The notes below the pieces were generated by a model. It searched no databases. It was not told the DNA's origin and was given only the letters and a program-made list of their open reading frames with translations. A DNA stretch of 64,000 nucleotides. Source: Auanema rhodensis. Taxonomy: Eukaryota > Animalia > Nematoda. The stretch is from assembly GCA_964057225.1 (NCBI GenBank), contig OZ059896.1, positions 5,022,001-5,086,000 of the forward strand. Reading direction: 5' to 3'. Of the stretch, positions 56,673-64,000 are shown piece after piece. Position 1 is the stretch's first letter, and the number at the start of each line of letters is the position of its first letter. The position numbers and the translations under genes were made by a program.

Positions 56673-59600
56673 ACGTAAATTTCAAAGTCATGGTTACCAT
56701 GAACCAATATCAATAAAAATTTGTTTTTAGACTAATATGGACATGGGGAATCTAATTTTGAAAACCGCATCTCTTTATCTTTCAAGTGAAGCGAGTTACA
56801 TACCAAGTGCACATCACGTGTACATTTAATTAGCATAAATTAAAGTTCACGTAAATTTCAAAGTCATGGTTACCATGCACCAATATCAATAAAAATTTGT
56901 TTTTAGACTAATATGGATATGGGGAATCTAATTTTGAAAACCGCATCTCTTTATCTTTCACGTGAAGCGAGGTACATACCAAGTGCACATCACGTGTACA
57001 TTTAATTAGCATAAATTAAAGTTCACGTAAATTTCAAAGTCATGGTTACCATGCACCAATATCAATAAAAATTTGTTTTTAGACTAATATGGACATGGGG
57101 AATCTAATTTTGAAAACCGCATCTCTTTATCTTTCAAGTGAAGCGAGTTACATACCAAGTGCACATCACGTGTACATTTAATTAGCATAAATTAAAGTTC
57201 ACGTAAATTTCAAAGTCATGGTTACCATGCACCAATATCAATAAAAATTTGTTTTTAGACTAATATGAACATGGGGAATCTAATTTTGGAAACCGCATCT
57301 CTTTATCTTTCACGTGAAGCGAGTTACATACCAAGTGCACATAACGTGTACATTTAATTAGCATAAATTAAAGTTCACGTAAATTTCAAAGTCATGGTTA
57401 CCATGAACCAATATCAATAAAAATTTGTTTTCAGACTAATTTGGACATGGGGAATCTAATTTTGAAAACCGCATCTCTTTATCTTTCAAGTGAAGCGAGT
57501 TACATACCAAGTGCACATCACGTGTACATTTAATTAGCATAAATTAAAGTTCACGTAAATTTCAAAGTCATGGTTACCATGCACCAATATTAATAAAAAT
57601 TTGTTTTTAGACTAATATGGACATGAGGAATCTAATTTTGAAAATCGCATCTCTTTATCTTTCACGTGAAGCGAGTTACATACCAAGTGCACATCACGTG
57701 TACATTTAATTAGCATAAATTAAAGTTCACGTAAATTTCAAAGTCATGGTTACCATGCACCAATATTAATAAAAATTTGTTTTTAGACTAATATGGACAT
57801 GGGGAATCTAATTTTGAAAACCGCATCTCTTTATCTTTCACGTGAAGCGAGTTACATACCAAGTGCACATCACGTGTACATTTAATTAGCATAAATTAAA
57901 GTTCACGTAAATTTCAAAGTCATGGTTACCATGAACCAATATCAATAAAAATTTGTTTTTAGACTAATATGGACATGGGGAATCTAATTTTGAAAACCGC
58001 ATCTCTTTATCTTTCAAGTGAAGCGAGTTACATACCAAGTGCACATCACGTGTACATTTAATTAGCATAAATTAAAGTTCACGTAAATTTCAAAGTCATG
58101 GTTACCATGCACCAATATCAATAAAAATTTGTTTTTAGACTAATATGGACATGGGGAATCTAATTTTGAAAACCGCATCTCTTTATCTTTCACGTGAAGC
58201 GAGTTACATACCAAGTGCACATCACGTGTACATTTAATTAGCATAAATTAAAGTTCACGTAAATTTCAAAGTCATGGTTACCATGCACCAATATCAATAA
58301 AAATTTGTTTTTAGACTAATATGGACATGGGGAATCTAATTTTGAAAACCGCATCTCTTTATCTTTCACGTGAAGCGAGTTACATACCAAGTGCACATCA
58401 CGTGTACACTTAATTAGCATAAATTAAAGTTCACGTAAATTTCAAAGTCATGGTTACCATGCACCAATATCAATAAAAATTTGTTTTTAGACTAATATGG
58501 ACATGGGGAATCTAATTTTGAAAACCGCATCTCTTTATCTTTCACGTGAAGCGAGTTACATACCAAGTGCACATCACGTGTACATTTAATTAGCATAAAG
58601 TAAAGTTCACGTAAATTTCAAAGTCATGGTTACCATGCACCAATATCAATAAAAATTTGTTTTTAGACTAATTTGGACATGGGGAATCTAATTTTGAAAA
58701 TCGCATCTCTTTATCTTTCACGTGAAGCGAGTTACATACCAAGTGCACATCACGTGTACATTTAATTAGCATAAATTAAAGTTCACGTAAATTTCAAAGT
58801 CATGGTTACCATGAACCAATATCAATAAAAATTTGTTTTTAGACTAATATGGACATGGGGAATCTAATTTTGAAAACCGCATCTCTTTATCTTTCACGTG
58901 AAGCGAGTTACATACCAAGTGCACATCACGTGTACATTTAATTAGCATAAATTAAAGTTCACGTAAATTTCAAAGTCATGGTTACCATGCACCAATATCA
59001 ATAAAAATTTGTTTTTAGACTAATATGGACATGGGGAATCTAATTTTGAAAATCGCATCTCTTTATCTTTCACGTGAAGCGAGTTACATACCAAGTGCAC
59101 ATCACGTGTACATTTAATTAGCATAAATTAAAGTTCACGTAAATTTCAAAGTCATGGTTACCATGAACCAATATCATTAAAAATTTGTTTTTAGACTAAT
59201 ATGGACATGGGGAATCTAATTTTGAAAACCGCATCTCTTTATCTTTCACGTGAAGCGAGTTACATACCAAGTGCACATCACGTGTACATTTAATTAGCAT
59301 AAATTAAAGTTCACGTAAATTTCAAAGTCATGGTTACCATGCACCAATATTAATAAAAATTTGTTTTTAGACTAATATGGACATGGGGAATCTAATTTTG
59401 AAAACCGCATCTCTTTATCTTTCACGTGAAGCGTGTTACATACCAAGTGCACATCACGTGTACATTTAATTAGCATAAATTAAAGTTCACGTAAATTTCA
59501 AAGTCATGGTTACCATGCACCAATATCAATAAAAATTTGTTTTTAGACTAATATGGACACGGAGAATCTAATTTTGAAAACCGCATCTCTTTATCTTTCA

Positions 59601-62600
59601 CGTGAAGCGAGTTACATACCAAGTGCACATCACGTGTACATTTAATTAGCATAAATTAAAGTTCACGTAAATTTCAAAGTCATGGTTACCATGCACCAAT
59701 ATCAATAAAAATTTGTTTTTAGACTAATATGGACATGGGGAATCTAATTTTGAAAACCGCATCTCTTTATCTTTCACGTGAAGCGAGTTACATACCAAGT
59801 GCACATCACGTGTACACTTAATTAGCATAAATTAAAGTTCACGTAAATTTCAAAGTCATGGTTACCATGCACCAATATCAATAAAAATTTGTTTTTAGAC
59901 TAATATGGACATGGGGAATCTAATTTTGAAAACCGCATCTCTTTATCTTTCACGTGAAGCGAGTTACATACCAAGTGCACATCACGTGTACATTTAATTA
60001 GCATGAATTAAAGTTCACGTAAATTTCAAAGTCATGGTTACCATGCACCAATATCAATAAAAATTTGTTTTTAGACTAATATGGACATGGGGAATCTAAT
60101 TTTGAAAACCGCATCTCTTTATCTTTCAAGTGAAGCGAGTTACATACCAAGTGCACATCACGTGTACATTTAATTAGCATAAATTAAAGTTCACGTAAAT
60201 TTCAAAGTCATGGTTACCATGCACCAATATCAATAAAAATTTGTTTTTAGACTAATATGAACATGGGGAATCTAATTTTGGAAACCGCATCTCTTTATCT
60301 TTCACGTGAAGCGAGTTACATACCAAGTGCACATAACGTGTACATTTAATTAGCATAAATTAAAGTTCACGTAAATTTCAAAGTCATGGTTACCATGAAC
60401 CAATATCAATAAAAATTTGTTTTCAGACTAATTTGGACATGGGGAATCTAATTTTGAAAACCGCATCTCTTTATCTTTCAAGTGAAGCGAGTTACATACC
60501 AAGTGCACATCACGTGTACATTTAATTAGCATAAATTAAAGTTCACGTAAATTTCAAAGTCATGGTTACCATGCACCAATATTAATAAAAATTTGTTTTT
60601 AGACTAATATGGACATGAGGAATCTAATTTTGAAAATCGCATCTCTTTATCTTTCACGTGAAGCGAGTTACATACCAAGTGCACATCACGTGTACATTTA
60701 ATTAGCATAAATTAAAGTTCACGTAAAATTCAAAGTCATGGTTACCATGAACCAATATCAATAAAAATTTGTTTTTAGACTAATATGGACATGGGGAATC
60801 TAATTTTGAAAACCGCATCTCTTTATCTTTCACGTGAAGCGAGTTACATACCAAGTGCACATCACGTGTACATTTAATTAGCATAAAGTAAAGTTCACGT
60901 AAATTTCAAAGTCATGGTTACCATGAACCAATATCAATAAAAATTTGTTTTTAGACTAATATGGACATGGGGAATCTAATTTTGAAAACCGCATCTCTTT
61001 ATCTTTCACGTGAAGCGAGTTACATACCAAGTGCACATCACGTGTACATTTAATTAGCATAAATTAAAGTTCACGTAAATTTCAAAGTCATGGTTACCAT
61101 GCACCAATATTAATAAAAATTTGTTTTTAGACTAATATGGACATGAGGAATCTAATTTTGAAAATCGCATCTCTTTATCTTTCACGTGAAGCGAGTTACA
61201 TACCAAGTGCACATCACGTGTACATTTAATTAGCATAAATTAAAGTTCACGTAAATTTCAAAGTCATGGTTACCATGAACCAATATCAATAAAAATTTGT
61301 TTTTAGACTAATATGGACATGGGGAATCTAATTTTGAAAATCGCATCTCTTTATCTTTCACGTGAAGCGAGTTACATACCAAGTGCACATCACGTGTACA
61401 TTTAATTAGCATAAATTAAAGTTCACGTAAATTTCAAAGTCATGGTTACCATGCACCAATATTAATAAAAATTTGTTTTTAGACTAATATGGACATGATG
61501 AATCTAATTTTGAAAATCGCATCTCTTTATCTTTCACGTGAAGCGAGTTACATACCAAGTGCACATCACGTGTACATTTAATTAGCATAAATTAAAGTTC
61601 ACGTAAATTTCAAAGTCATGGTTACCATGAACCAATATCAATAAAAATTTGTTTTTAGACTAATATGGACATGGGGAATCTAATTTTGAAAACCGCATCT
61701 CTTTATCTTTCACGTGAAGCGAGTTACATACCAAGTGCACATCACGTGTACATTTAATTAGCATAAAGTAAAGTTCACGTAAATTTCAAAGTCATGGTTA
61801 CCATGCACCAATATCAATAAAAATTTGTTTTTAGACTAATATGGACATGGGGAATCTAATTTTGAAAACCGCATCTCTTTATCTTTCACGTGAAGCGAGT
61901 TACATACCAAGTGCACATCACGTGTACATTTAATTAGCATAAATTAAAGTTCACGTAAATTTCAAAGTCATGGTTACCATGAACCAATATCAATAAAAAT
62001 TTGTTTTTAGACTAATATGGACATGGGGAATCTAATTTTGAAAACCGCATCTCTTTATCTTTCAAGTGAAGCGAGTTACATACCAAGTGCACATCACGTG
62101 TACATTTAATTAGCATAAATTAAAGTTCACGTAAATTTCAAAGTCATGGTTACCATGCACCAATATCAATAAAAATTTGTTTTTAGACTAATATGGATAT
62201 GGGGAATCTAATTTTGAAAACCGCATCTCTTTATCTTTCACGTGAAGCGAGGTACATACCAAGTGCACATCACGTGTACATTTAATTAGCATAAATTAAA
62301 GTTCACGTAAATTTCAAAGTCATGGTTACCATGCACCAATATCAATAAAAATTTGTTTTTAGACTAATATGGACATGGGGAATCTAATTTTGAAAACCGC
62401 ATCTCTTTATCTTTCAAGTGAAGCGAGTTACATACCAAGTGCACATCACGTGTACATTTAATTAGCATAAATTAAAGTTCACGTAAATTTCAAAGTCATG
62501 GTTACCATGCACCAATATCAATAAAAATTTGTTTTTAGACTAATATGAACATGGGGAATCTAATTTTGGAAACCGCATCTCTTTATCTTTCACGTGAAGC

Positions 62601-64000
62601 GAGTTACATACCAAGTGCACATAACGTGTACATTTAATTAGCATAAATTAAAGTTCACGTAAATTTCAAAGTCATGGTTACCATGAACCAATATCAATAA
62701 AAATTTGTTTTCAAACTAATTTGGACATGGGGAATCTAATTTTGAAAACCGCATCTCTTTATCTTTCAAGTGAAGCGAGTTACATACCAAGTGCACATCA
62801 CGTGTACATTTAATTAGCATAAATTAAAGTTCACGTAAATTTCAAAGTCATGGTTACCATGCACCAATATTAATAAAAATTTGTTTTTAGACTAATATGG
62901 ACATGAGGAATCTAATTTTGAAAATCGCATCTCTTTATCTTTCACGTGAAGCGAGTTACATACCAAGTGCACATCACGTGTACATTTAATTAGCATAAAT
63001 TAAAGTTCACGTAAATTTCAAAGTCATGGTTACCATGCACCAATATTAATAAAAATTTGTTTTTAGACTAATATGGACATGGGGAATCTAATTTTGAAAA
63101 CCGCATCTCTTTATCTTTCACGTGAAGCGAGTTACATACCAAGTGCACATCACGTGTACATTTAATTAGCATAAATTAAAGTTCACGTAAATTTCAAAGT
63201 CATGGTTACCATGAACCAATATCAATAAAAATTTGTTTTTAGACTAATATGGACATGGGGAATCTAATTTTGAAAACCGCATCTCTTTATCTTTCAAGTG
63301 AAGCGAGTTACATACCAAGTGCACATCACGTGTACATTTAATTAGCATAAATTAAAGTTCACGTAAATTTCAAAGTCATGGTTACCATGCACCAATATCA
63401 ATAAAAATTTGTTTTTAGACTAATATGGACATGGGGAATCTAATTTTGAAAACCGCATCTCTTTATCTTTCACGTGAAGCGAGTTACATACCAAGTGCAC
63501 ATCACGTGTACAATTAATTAGCATAAATTAAAGTTCACGTAAATTTCAAAGTCATGGTTACCATGCACCAATATCAATAAAAATTTGTTTTTAGACTAAT
63601 ATGGACATGGGGAATCTAATTTTGAAAACCGCATCTCTTTATCTTTCACGTGAAGCGAGTTACATACCAAGTGCACATCACGTGTACACTTAATTAGCAT
63701 AAATTAAAGTTCACGTAAATTTCAAAGTCATGGTTACCATGCACCAATATCAATAAAAATTTGTTTTTAGACTAATATGGACATGGGGAATCTAATTTTG
63801 AAAACCGCATCTCTTTATCTTTCACGTGAAGCGAGTTACATACCAAGTGCACATCACGTGTACATTTAATTAGCATAAAGTAAAGTTCACGTAAATTTCA
63901 AAGTCATGGTTACCATGCACCAATATCAATAAAAATTTGTTTTTAGACTAATATGGACATGGGGAATCTAATTTTGAAAATCGCATCTCTTTATCTTTCA
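56673..64000 (+). repeat. Dispersed duplication in the distal domain: 56673-58784 recurs at 61953-64000 (offset 30 monomers, 5280 bp), with a partial third copy near 60.0-60.7 kb
   Basis: C70T+T124G monomer at M320, M324 and M354; G68A+A89G+C143A monomer at M326, M343 and M356. Confidence 0.87.

Larger units (their letters stand above)
1..64000. repeat. Tandem satellite DNA array, 176-bp monomer, ~363.6 head-to-tail copies, running off both window edges
   Basis: ACGTAAATTTCAAAG recurs at 1, 177, 353, ... and the 60-nt line layout recurs every 2640 bp (15x176) at 2641, 5281, ... 63361. No unique sequence, inversion or phase shift seen. Monomers differ from consensus by only a few substitutions. 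Confidence 0.99.
1..64000. other. Probable centromeric/pericentromeric (heterochromatic) satellite region of a eukaryote
   Basis: Inference from the nucleosome-sized AT-rich monomer, a homogeneous array of at least 64 kb and higher-order duplications, all typical of centromeric satellites. There is no direct functional evidence, and a subtelomeric or interstitial block cannot be excluded. Confidence 0.55.

Noticed and set aside
1-64000. CRISPR-like array suggested by regularly spaced palindromes
   Set aside because: The sequence between palindromes is near-identical in every unit. There are no unique spacers, leader or cas genes.
1-64000. Synthetic construct or collapsed/looped assembly artefact
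   Set aside because: Hierarchical, position-dependent variants and small differences between duplicate blocks fit natural array evolution. Individual near-identical duplications still need read-level confirmation.

Overview
The whole 64,000-bp window is one uninterrupted head-to-tail satellite array: about 363.6 copies of a 176-bp AT-rich monomer (about 32% GC), all in the same orientation. I found no genes, RNA genes, transposon insertions, CRISPR spacers or unique DNA. The monomer phase holds exactly from base 1 to base 64,000, so monomers differ only by substitutions. Those substitutions reveal (i) domains with private marker alleles, (ii) nested tandem and dispersed multi-monomer duplications, with tandem periods of 4, 6, 8, 9, 11, 12, 13 and 25 and a recurring step near 2 kb, and (iii) an underlying two-monomer alternation. 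The monomer is tiled with short inverted repeats and has three TCACGT motifs 32-33 bp apart; one is ATCACGTG, matching the RTCACRTG bHLH/CDEI consensus. The architecture fits a eukaryotic centromeric or pericentromeric satellite, but I cannot name the family or species, and function is inference only. Notation: Mn is the nth monomer, starting at 1+176(n-1). Variants such as C113A use positions within the monomer. All counts are manual.
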